DNA of 64,000 nt from NCBI GenBank assembly GCA_026982705.1, contig JALSGP010000009.1:29429-93428 (forward strand), written 5' to 3'. Below the pieces are notes generated by a model. The model ran no database searches and was not told the DNA's origin. It saw nothing but the letters and a program-made list of their open reading frames with translations. This DNA comes from Alphaproteobacteria bacterium. Its GTDB lineage: Bacteria > Pseudomonadota > Alphaproteobacteria > Geminicoccales > Geminicoccaceae. The stretch's first letter is position 1; the number at the start of each line of letters is the position of its first letter. Positions 56,132 to 64,000 of the stretch are shown piece after piece. The position numbers were made by a program, and so were the translations under genes.

Positions 56132-57325
56132 TCATCCCTCCGCCTCCTCGGCCCCGCCCGAGAGTGCCAGCCTGCGGCTTTCGGCGACGATTGCCACGAG
56201 TTTTTTCTGCGGCCGGAGCCGAAGCGGCTCCTCGCGCCAGGGGAGGCCGGCCTCCTTCGCCGCTTTCACCGCGTCCGCACAGAGCGCACGGGCGGCTTCG
56301 AGATCGAGCGGGAATTCGCGCACGCTGCCGTCGGCATCGAGGATCTCGAACGATGCTGCGCCGTCCGGGACCAGATCGCAGCGCGAGCGGAGATTGTAGC
56401 CGGCACGATCCTGGGCGACGACCGCGAGCAGGGCCAGGGCCGCGAGCACCGTGCGCGCGGCCTCGTCGCGCCCTTCGTCCGCTTCACCGTTCACCGGAAA
56501 CCGCAGGCGCCGGAGCGTCGGCAGGCTGACGACGACGGTCTGCAGGGCGTGGTCGATGGTCACACCCAGCTCCTGGACCGTCGGGGCGATGTTGCCGTGA
56601 TTGACCTCAGAGGGGCGAACGCGCTTCGCTTTCTCGCCGGCCTCCTCCCTGCTGAGGCCCCAGCCGGCAGAGCCCTTGTAGATCTCCACTTCGCGCCGGA
56701 CCTGGAGCGGATCGATGCGGCTTCCCGTACGTTTTCCCGGGACGGCATCCACACCGACGATCTCCGAGACGATGGCCCGCGGGAATTTCGCCCCGAGACC
56801 TCCGCCCTGACCGGTCGAGTGCCAGCAGCCGAAGACCAGCGCGGTGGGCGAGAGCGCGAAGACGGCCGTGGCCTGGTCCGGCTTCGCCCGGATCAGCTCG
56901 AGGCCGGGCGGAGAGTGCCAGAACGACGTGCCGTCGAGCTCGCTGTCGCGGAAGATCGCATCGAACACCCGATGCGGGGCCTCGAGGGAGGTGATCTGCC
57001 CGAGATCGGAGAGATCGTCGTCACCGTCCTTCACTCCCTCGAAGTCGACCAGGATGTGCGGGATCCACACCCCGCCTCGTCGCAGGAGATCGCGCAGCGC
57101 GAGCTCCATGCGGTTCGCCTGGCTCTGGACCGAATCGAGGAGCACGCAGGTCTTCGTGTCCTCCCCGATGCGCCGTCGTTCGAAGACGTGCGTCGGCGCG
57201 TTGTCCGGCCCCGGATAGGTGGGCGGGAACACCTTGTCGCCCGCCCCTCCCGCGGGCACGAGACGCCGCACCCGCCGAATGGCGGCCGCCTCGTTGACGA
57301 TCATTCGGAGCTGTCCGAGATCCAT
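56132..57325 (-). CDS. csb1: type I-G/I-U Csb1 (Cas7, GSU0053 family RAMP)
   Basis: ATG 57325 with GGAAGG 8 nt upstream (the ORF in the track starts further up at 57433). LVPAGGAGDKVFPPTYPG, ALVFGCWHSTGQGGG and NHGNIAPT resemble Cas7u. First gene of the interference operon. Confidence 0.7.
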   Translation of the reverse strand: MDLGQLRMIVNEAAAIRRVRRLVPAGGAGDKVFPPTYPGPDNAPTHVFERRRIGEDTKTCVLLDSVQSQANRMELALRDLLRRGGVWIPHILVDFEGVKDGDDDLSDLGQITSLEAPHRVFDAIFRDSELDGTSFWHSPPGLELIRAKPDQATAVFALSPTALVFGCWHSTGQGGGLGAKFPRAIVSEIVGVDAVPGKRTGSRIDPLQVRREVEIYKGSAGWGLSREEAGEKAKRVRPSEVNHGNIAPTVQELGVTIDHALQTVVVSLPTLRRLRFPVNGEADEGRDEAARTVLAALALLAVVAQDRAGYNLRSRCDLVPDGAASFEILDADGSVREFPLDLEAARALCADAVKAAKEAGLPWREEPLRLRPQKKLVAIVAESRRLALSGGAEEAEG

Positions 57326-57352
57326 GCCACACCTTCCGTCGAACGCACCGTC

Positions 57353-57382
57353 AGTATGAACCCGGCGGTACCCCCGAGTCGA
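57353..57382 (-). promoter_or_regulatory. weak sigma70-like promoter candidate for the interference operon
   Basis: Minus strand reads TCGACT-18 nt-CATACT, about 30 nt upstream of the csb1 ATG. Each hexamer matches the consensus at only 4/6 positions. Confidence 0.2.
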
Positions 57383-57521
57383 GCTCGAGGCGAGCGCGGC
57401 AGGCCTGCCCGATCGACCCGAAGACGGCCGCACGGGGGCGGCTACGGATCATCGGCACGCCGCGAGAGATCCGTCGAAGGTCCGACGGCGGCCCGGGACC
57501 GACCCGGGCTGGTCGGGCCCG

Positions 57522-58073
57522 ATGGCGTCGGGACGAGGGCACCTCCGCCGGACCCCTTCTCGGACGTTCTCCGTCCCTTTTCTTCTTTTCGGACCTGTGG
57601 TCCTCTCGGAGGATCTCCGGGCACGTCCTCGCGCCGAACTGCCGCTCGACGAGCCGCCGGTGGAACGGGCGCGGCGTGTGGCGACGCGCGAGGAGCTGCT
57701 GCAGCTCGCCCGTGAGGTGTTCGGCGGAGATCGGGCACGGTTCGACGTGGCCGGGCTGCCGGTGTGGATCGACGTCCCGGCGCTCGCGGCGCACATCGGC
57801 CTGGAGCGGTCGATCTGGCTGCCGCTGGTGCCGGATGTCCTTACACGCCCGCGAGAGGTATGGCTTGGCTTCGAGCGCCACCAGCGCACGGGTCGGGTCC
57901 GGCTGCGCATCCGCGTGCTGAAGGCTTATCGGATCAAGGATGGGCGTGCGCTCGTCATCGTAATCGATGGAGACAAGGGCTTTCTGGCAGCGATCACCAC
58001 CTTCCCAGTTTCGCGAATGCGCGAGCTCGAGAATATCCGCGTCGGCCGTCCCCTGATGGTCCGCACGGTCTGA
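57522..58073 (+). CDS. phage-derived ORF, possibly the 3' remnant of a MuF-like head-morphogenesis/polyvalent protein (PBECR-like C-terminal domain)
   Basis: GC3-biased from ~57677 onward (VATREELLQLAREVFGG ... LPLVPDVLTRPREVWLGFERHQ ... RALVIVIDGDKGFLAAITTFPV). The first ~50 codons look non-coding. The frame is open back to 57360 with no better start. Lies directly upstream of the scaffold/protease-like gene, as in phage head modules. Family assignment is tentative. Confidence 0.3.
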   Translation: MASGRGHLRRTPSRTFSVPFLLFGPVVLSEDLRARPRAELPLDEPPVERARRVATREELLQLAREVFGGDRARFDVAGLPVWIDVPALAAHIGLERSIWLPLVPDVLTRPREVWLGFERHQRTGRVRLRIRVLKAYRIKDGRALVIVIDGDKGFLAAITTFPVSRMRELENIRVGRPLMVRTV

Positions 58074-58296
58074 GTCGGCACAATAGATCGGCGGGAGCGT
58101 TTTCGCGCCCCCGCCTGAACAAAGCGTGCGCCACTTGCCGCCCCGGCGCGACCAGGCTGGCTCGCCCCGCTCGAGCGGCAACCGGGACCATCGCGGGGCC
58201 AGCTGTCATGAACATGGGTGCGTGCCGGCTCGAGTGCAAGACGCCCGACAGCGTTCGCCATGACAGCGCCGCATCGCCCCTCATACTCGCACGGCG

Positions 58297-58839
58297 ATGA
58301 TGATCGAGATCCTTCGCACGGGGCGTTTCCTGGACAGCCACGGCCGGCCCGTCGAAATCCGGCCGGACGACCTGCACCGCATCGCCGAGTCCTACGATCC
58401 GGCGCTCCACGAGGCGCCCGTCGTCATCGGGCATCCGAAGGACGACGCCCCGTCCTACGGGTGGGTGCGGCGGCTCGTTGTCGAGGGTGACCGGCTGCTG
58501 GCCGAGCTCGACCAGCTCGACCCGGCCTTTGTCGAGCTCGTCAAGGCTGGCCGGTACAAGCACCGTAGCGCCTCGCTCTACCTCCCCGGCCACCCCAATC
58601 ATCCCCGTGGCGGCAAGGGCATGTACCTGCGCCACGTCGGCTTCCTGGGCGCGCAGCCGCCGGCGGTGAAGGGCCTGCGTCCGGTCCAGCTCGCGGACGA
58701 CGGCGATGGGGTCGCCGAGCTCTTCCTCCCCGCGAGGGACGGCCCGGCAGACACCGAACCCGCCCGCCCACGGAAGGGAAACGCCGACATGGCCGACCAC
58801 GACGCTCCCGATGGGATGGAGGGGCGAGGGCTTCCATGA
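58297..58839 (+). pseudogene. phage capsid scaffold/protease-like gene (P2 GPO / Mu I-like), 3'-truncated by the CRISPR array
   Basis: Strong GC3 bias. RTGRFLDSHGRPVEIRPDDLHRIAESYDP...PVVIGHPKDDAPSYGWV...GRYKHRSASLY...YLRHVGFLGAQPPAVKGL follows the N-terminal pattern of GPO/Mu-I proteins. Only 180 aa. The last codons and the TGA (58837-58839) lie inside terminal repeat R1. Confidence 0.55.
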
Positions 58840-61800
58840 GGCCCCGGCAGTATTGCCGGGGAAGATGGATCGGAGCGGTTTCAGCGGCACCGATGGCACC
58901 TCGCTTCAATGAGGCCCCGGCAGTATTGCCGGGGAAGATGCATCCGTCCGGGGTGAACGCTCCCCCACTTCTACAGAGCTTCAATGAGGCCCCGGCAGTA
59001 TTGCCGGGGAAGATTTGAGGAGCTCCACGAGCCTCTTGGCCCCTTCACGCCCAGCTTCAATGAGGCCCCGGCAGTATTGCCGGGGAAGATACGTCCTGAA
59101 CGTCCACGTCCTCGGCATAGAGAGTGGCTTCAATGAGGCCCCGGCAGTATTGCCGGGGAAGATGGGCGGCCGGCCAAAAAAAATCCCCGCGCCGCATACC
59201 GGCTTCAATGAGGCCCCGGCAGTATTGCCGGGGAAGATGGCGCGAGCTGATTGCCCAGAACGCGGAGAAGTTCGGGCTTCAATGAGGCCCCGGCAGTATT
59301 GCCGGGGAAGATCCGCGCGCGCCCTCGCAAGCGCAAGCGAGTATCCGCGTGGCTTCAATGAGGCCCCGGCAGTATTGCCGGGGAAGATGACCTGAAGGAG
59401 AAGGTCGAAAACGGCCTCCTCGACGCTTCAATGAGGCCCCGGCAGTATTGCCGGGGAAGATGTCGAGCGGGGCGATCGGGTCTGGACGTGGACCCCGGTC
59501 GCTTCAATGAGGCCCCGGCAGTATTGCCGGGGAAGATGACGGACGCGAGAACGGGGCCCGCAGCCGTATGGCGGCGCTTCAATGAGGCCCCGGCAGTATT
59601 GCCGGGGAAGATGCGCGCTGCATGAGGTTGTTGTCTATGGCAAGGCCCCGCTTCAATGAGGCCCCGGCAGTATTGCCGGGGAAGATGCATCCGTATCCCC
59701 CGTGGGCTGCGACGGCCCACGGAGCTTCAATGAGGCCCCGGCAGTATTGCCGGGGAAGATAACGGCCACCCCCGTGTAGGGGTAGCCGGGAGAGAGGCTT
59801 CAATGAGGCCCCGGCAGTATTGCCGGGGAAGATCGGCCGGGGTTCGGCACGTACCTTCGGGCGCATCTGGTCGCTTCAATGAGGCCCCGGCAGTATTGCC
59901 GGGGAAGATCTGTCGACGGGCACGACGGACGACACGCTCGGCTTCGAGCTTCAATGAGGCCCCGGCAGTATTGCCGGGGAAGATCTTCAGCGCCCCCTGC
60001 GCCGGGTCGGCCCAGTTGACCAGGCTTCAATGAGGCCCGGCAGTATTGCCGGGGAAGATCCCCTCCAGCAGGGAGACGTGCTGAGCGGGACCATCACCGC
60101 TTCAATGAGGCCCCGGCAGTATTGCCGGGGAAGATCACTGAGCCTGAGATCGCCCCTCTCCTCGCTTCCCTCGCTTCAATGAGGCCCCGGCAGTATTGCC
60201 GGGGAAGATTGCAGCAGAAAGGATTGCCGCCGCTCGTCGGATTAATGGCTTCAATGAGGCCCCGGCAGTATTGCTGGGGAAGATCTTGATGCGGCGGCGG
60301 AAGTCGCGACCGGTCATCATATGCTTCAATGAGGCCCCGGCAGTATTGCCGGGGAAGATGTCGATTCGGTTTACGGCGTCAGTGATAGTGGTGACGCCGC
60401 TTCAATGAGGCCCCGGCAGTATTGCCGGGGAAGATGCACCAACGGGGCGGGCTCGACGCGTTCGATCACAGGCTTCAATGAGGCCCCGGCAGTATTGCCG
60501 GGGAAGATCGGTGGAGAGCCTGAGCGTCCCGTGGTGATCCGCGCCCGGCTTCAATGAGGCCCCGGCAGTATTGCCGGGGAAGATCGGCGGAAACAGCAAT
60601 CGCTGTCATCCTCCGCCGCCACTGCTTCAATGAGGCCCCGGCAGTATTGCCGGGGAAGATACGGTGGGCGAGTGGCAACTGGAGGTGCGGCCGGCATGCT
60701 TCAATGAGGCCCCGGCAGTATTGCCGGGGAAGATGGGGCGCTCACCGTAAAGTGGGTCATACCGCATCGCCGCTTCAATGAGGCCCCGGCAGTATTGCCG
60801 GGGAAGATTTCCTCGGCGTGGCGCTGGCCGACGCGGCGGGGGGCGAGGCTTCAATGAGGCCCCGGCAGTATTGCCGGGGAAGATGCCGCGGAAGATGAGA
60901 TTTCCGACGCAGAGCGCGCTGCGGCTTCAATGAGGCCCCGGCAGTATTGCCGGGGAAGATTGGGCTGGGCCCTGGACCCCAGCCGAGCCACTCCAGGCTT
61001 CAATGAGGCCCCGGCAGTATTGCCGGGGAAGATGGGCACGCTGGTCAGCTATGCCCGTCGAGGCCACCGACGCTTCAATGAGGCCCCGGCAGTATTGCCG
61101 GGGAAGATCTCCGCGTCGCTCGCTCGCTTAGGGGCGCGGTTTACAGCTTCAATGAGGCCCCGGCAGTATTGCCGGGGAAGATTGGGCGAGGGGCGGGATG
61201 GGCCCGCTCCGGAGCAGAGGCTTCAATGAGGCCCCGGCAGTATTGCCGGGGAAGATCGCGCCGGCGAACTATTACGGGACGGACCATTGGCGGCTTCAAT
61301 GAGGCCCCGGCAGTATTGCCGGGGAAGATTGAGCTCCCCGATGGTGCGTGGGACGGGGGCCCATACGCTTCAATGAGGCCCCGGCAGTATTGCCGGGGAA
61401 GATAATGTGGTGTGGGACCGCATTCCGCCGGATGCGATGGTGCTTCAATGAGGCCCCGGCAGTATTGCCGGGGAAGATTCCTCGAGCTGTCTCAAAAGCG
61501 AATAAAAGCTATCGCGCTTCAATGAGGCCCCGGCAGTATTGCCGGGGAAGATAGGGGGCCGCGCGGCTGGTGATCGCGCGGCTCGCGCCCGCTTCAATGA
61601 GGCCCCGGCAGTATTGCCGGGGAAGATGCCGCCACCAGCGGTTCGCGCCCTGGTCGATGCCGGAGCTTCAATGAGGCCCCGGCAGTATTGCCGGGGAAGA
61701 TGAGGGCCCCCGCCCGCGCCCGCGGGGACGGGACGAACGTGCTTCAATGAGGCCCCGGCAGTATTGCCGGGGAAGATGCTCTGCGTCGGCAATCTCATCT

Positions 61801-62227
61801 TCCGCTGCTTTCAACAGCTTCAATGAGGCCCCGGCAGTATTGCCGGGGAAGATGGAGGGAGTGGGGCGCATATCTCCGCTCCCTCGACTGGCTTCAATGA
61901 GGCCCCGGCAGTATTGCCGGGGAAGATCCGAGGAGCTGACGCGGAGCCTGCCGGTCGCACCGGAAGCTTCAATGAGGCCCCGGCAGTATTGCCGGGGAAG
62001 ATCCGCCGCCGCCACTCGGCGGCGTGGCGGCCGATGCCCATGCTTCAATGAGGCCCCGGCAGTATTGCCGGGGAAGATTTCGTCGCCGACACGAACCGTC
62101 ACGCTTGATCCCGGAGCTTCAATGAGGCCCCGGCAGTATTGCCGGGGAAGATCCCCGGAGAAAGGGGGGGGGCGGGGGCGCCGCTACCGCGCTTCAATGA
62201 GGCCCCGGCAGTATTGCCGGGGAAGAT
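58830..62227 (-). CRISPR. CRISPR array, 46 repeats of 37 bp and 45 spacers of 36-39 bp
   Basis: Plus-strand repeat GCTTCAATGAGGCCCCGGCAGTATTGCCGGGGAAGAT, with internal hairpin CCCCGGCA-GTAT-TGCCGGGG. The minus-strand reading ends in ATTGAAGC, like many type I repeats. The cas genes and cas2-proximal leader are on the minus side. The degenerate terminal repeat (GCTTCCATG...) at 58830 marks the trailer end. Confidence 0.97.
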
Positions 62228-62434
62228 GGCTCCACGACAACCCGCTGGCGTCGCTGTCGGAATTCCCGACCCTGCGAGCACCCCCGTTCGAAGGAGCCTG
62301 TCCGGTTCCCCCACATCGCCCATCGCATCCTCACGATATCACGGATCGCTTGGGGCGCAAGGCCCCGGGCCCGATGCGAGCGGTCCCCGCCCCTGCGGTC
62401 GGACCGGACCGCTCGCGGCGAGCCGGCGAACGTT
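62228..62434 (-). promoter_or_regulatory. CRISPR leader (between the cas2 stop and the first repeat)
   Basis: 207-bp non-coding gap adjacent to the undegenerated end of the array. Contains a slightly A/T-richer patch (cacgatatcacggatcgc). No promoter could be pinned down by eye. Confidence 0.5.
62376..62416 (-). other. 11-bp perfect inverted repeat just downstream of cas2
   Basis: gcgagcggtcc (62376-62386) and ggaccgctcgc (62406-62416), separated by 19 nt. Possibly a cas-operon terminator or a leader protein-binding site. Confidence 0.35.
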
Positions 62435-62737
62435 TCAGACGATCACCGGCTCCCGTCGCACCGGCTCGAACCGGCGGCCGAGGCTCCACACCCGCACCTC
62501 TACACCCTCGGCCGGCCCCAGGTCCAGCACGAGGACATGATCCTCTTCACGTTTCACGAGCCTCTCCAGCTCCGCCCGAAGTTCCACCATCCGCCGCCGC
62601 GAGAGCCGACACTGGAAGACCGAGAGCTGCAGCCAAGCGCCATAGCCCTGCATCAGCCGGTAGACCCGCCGCCAGCGTCGGGGATCGGAAATATCGTAGG
62701 CCACGATGTAGAGGTGGGCATCCTCGCGGACACTCAT
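62435..62737 (-). CDS. cas2: CRISPR-associated endoribonuclease Cas2
   Basis: ATG 62737, 1 nt after the cas1 stop. 100 aa. MSVREDAHLYIVAYDISDPRRWRRVYRLMQGYGAWLQLSVFQCRL is the classic Cas2 ferredoxin-fold N-terminus. Confidence 0.9.
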   Translation of the reverse strand: MSVREDAHLYIVAYDISDPRRWRRVYRLMQGYGAWLQLSVFQCRLSRRRMVELRAELERLVKREEDHVLVLDLGPAEGVEVRVWSLGRRFEPVRREPVIV

Positions 62738-62738
62738 G

Positions 62739-64000
62739 TCAACGAACCAGATATTCGGGATAGTCGGCAATGTCGCCCAGAAGATGACGTGCCAGAAGTC
62801 TCGCCTGCAGCTCCAGCAGTCGTCGATATTCGAGACGGTAACCGAAAACCGGATGGGTGGCCTCCACGGAGAGACGGCGCTCGAAGGCGGCGATGAGCCG
62901 ACGGCGACCACGCGGGGTGAGCGCCACGGCACCGCCGGCCCGAAGGAAGTCGTCGCGACCGATCTCACCGTTGTTGACGGCACCCAGCACCGTCGAGTCG
63001 GCCAGCACCGGCCGCAGCGCTTCCATGAGGTCGAGGGCCAGCGCCGGCCGTCCGTAGCGGGGACGATGGAAGAACCCCCGCCAGGGATCGAAGCCGACCC
63101 GCACCAGCGTCACCGTCAGCGTGCGCGCGAGGAGGGCATAGGTGAAGGACAGGAGCGCGTTGAGGGGATCGGAGGGCGGCCGACGCTTGCGTCCCTCGAA
63201 GGTGTAGCCCTCGGCGAGGGCACGGTCGGAAAGCATGTCCGGGAAATGTTCGAAGTAGATCCGCCCGGCGCGTCCCTCGATGCCCAGCAGCCTTTCCATG
63301 TCGGGCGCCCGTGCACCGGCGGCGGCCAGACGCCGCAACTCCCGCAGCGCCCCTTCCACGGCGGCACGGTCGCGTGCATTGCGACGCAGCAGGGTGCGCT
63401 GATTGCGGATCTTCGCCTCGACGAAACGACGGGCGAGGGCGAGGCAGCGGGTCCGGTCGAAGCTCGCGGCGTATTGGGCGCTGCGCAGTTCGACGTTGCG
63501 GTGTCCCAGTCCGACGGTGAGGCCGAGGAACCATCCCCCGTAGCTGTGCCAGGCGACCGGGATTTCCCGGCGCATGAGCTCGTGGAGCGCGGGGGTGGTG
63601 ATGCTCGCGGTACCGAACAGGACCACCGACGAGAGATCGGCGAGGCGAGCGCGGACCGGCTCGCCCTTCTCCCGCTCCACCACCAGTTCCATGCCCTCCT
63701 TGCGAATGCGGGCACGGGGATCCTGGACGTAGAGCGGCAGGGTCTCCTCGCGGCGGACCGCCAGCGGGCGGGGTGCGCCTTCACCGCGACGCAGGAACGC
63801 CACTTCGTCCGGCAGACAGATCCCCACCAGGGCACAGCGCGGACATTTGGGGCTGTCCTCCAGGGGCGGTGGCACGCGCCCGGAGAGGACGGTGAGGCGG
63901 AGACCGGCGATGGCCTCGCGGGTCTGCCGCCGCAGCTCCTCGTCGAACACCACGCGGACACGCTCGCGGCTCCCGGCGAACCACAGGAACCCCTCCGGGA
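62739..64000 (-). CDS. cas1: Cas4-Cas1 fusion protein (5' end beyond the window)
   Basis: The frame stays open to position 64000 (…PEGFLWFAGSRERVRVVFDEE…). CPRCALVGIC is the C-terminal C-x2-C-x5-C cluster of a Cas4 domain. The Cas1 body follows (LFGTASITTPALHELMRREIPVAWHSYGGWF, NALLSFTYALL, PALALDLMEALRP). This fusion is the signature of type I-G/I-U. Confidence 0.9.
   Translation of the reverse strand, partial: PEGFLWFAGSRERVRVVFDEELRRQTREAIAGLRLTVLSGRVPPPLEDSPKCPRCALVGICLPDEVAFLRRGEGAPRPLAVRREETLPLYVQDPRARIRKEGMELVVEREKGEPVRARLADLSSVVLFGTASITTPALHELMRREIPVAWHSYGGWFLGLTVGLGHRNVELRSAQYAASFDRTRCLALARRFVEAKIRNQRTLLRRNARDRAAVEGALRELRRLAAAGARAPDMERLLGIEGRAGRIYFEHFPDMLSDRALAEGYTFEGRKRRPPSDPLNALLSFTYALLARTLTVTLVRVGFDPWRGFFHRPRYGRPALALDLMEALRPVLADSTVLGAVNNGEIGRDDFLRAGGAVALTPRGRRRLIAAFERRLSVEATHPVFGYRLEYRRLLELQARLLARHLLGDIADYPEYLVR

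Noticed and set aside
57622-57631. Possible self-targeting: spacer 4 shares CACGTCCTCG with the phage-like remnant.
   Set aside because: - Only 10 contiguous nt match and the flanks diverge.
- By-eye comparison found no spacer with a convincing match inside the window.
- A proper BLASTN of all spacers against the genome is still needed.
58208-58300. A 30-aa ORF (MNMGACRLECKTPDS...) whose TGA overlaps the ATG of the scaffold-like gene.
   Set aside because: - It is too short and has no recognisable motif or RBS.
- The ATGATG overlap alone is not sufficient evidence.
57994-58899. A 301-aa minus-strand ORF (also 57351..58181 and 57926..58261) between csb1 and the array.
   Set aside because: - They are antisense to the GC3-biased phage-like ORFs.
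- One runs into CRISPR repeat R1.
- Their composition is Arg/Gly/Pro-rich with no motifs.
60585-62041. An 11-nt identity (CCGCCGCCACT) between the end of spacer 24 (60585-60623) and the start of spacer 43 (62003-62041). Also a shared 8-nt prefix GCATCCGT in spacers 2 and 12.
   Set aside because: - Matches this short are expected by chance among 45 G/C-rich spacers on two strands.
- No extension of identity is seen beyond the short cores.
62153-62190. The leader-proximal spacer 45 contains a run of nine G residues (aaagggggggggcggggg).
   Set aside because: - It is low-complexity but within the normal spacer length.
- Nothing else is anomalous.
- It could simply reflect a G-rich protospacer or a homopolymer sequencing artefact.
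58836-62323. Dozens of 60-150-aa ORFs on both strands with recurring peptides (MRPRQYCRGR, FNEAPAVLPGK, IFPGNTAGASLK).
   Set aside because: They are translations of the 37-bp CRISPR repeat in different frames, not genes.

Overview
G/C-rich, GC3-biased bacterial chromosomal window with alphaproteobacterium-like gene content. All calls come from reading the supplied translations and the DNA by eye; no searches were run.

The first ~49.6 kb is core genome:
- metC, uppP and rplU-rpmA-obg-proB.
- A tightly packed Calvin-cycle (cbb) operon: GlpX-type FBPase, prk, tkt, gap, pgk, fba, red-type form I RuBisCO cbbL-cbbS and cbbX, then an intrinsic terminator and rpe.
- sqr, the aminotransferase-hom-glpX-recJ cluster, lon and a NUDIX gene.
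- A non-flagellar MotA-like/MotB(OmpA)-like pair, usp, and a YeeE/ArsR sulfur module.
- gpsA, an anti-sigma-like/beta-helix pair, and a MarR-homogentisate dioxygenase-FAH cluster.
- glnA, ihfA-merR, folE and an etfBA-hbd-SDR-ACAD-kinase cluster.

From ~49.7 kb to the window edge lies an accessory island carrying a type I-G (formerly I-U, Csb variant) CRISPR-Cas system in an unusual split layout. On the minus strand it reads: cas4/cas1 fusion (partial) - cas2 - leader - array of 46 repeats (37 bp) - a ~1.4 kb phage head-module remnant on the opposite strand - csb1(cas7) - csb2(cas5/6) - cas3 - csb3-like gene - a small TM + SAVED/CARF-like ORF.

The most interesting candidates:
- The TM/sensor-like ORF appended to the type I operon.
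- The phage remnant, whose stop codon lies inside the terminal CRISPR repeat.
- Two spacers covering the same protospacer from opposite strands.
- The ZorAB-like stator pair.

No rRNA or tRNA gene was recognised.
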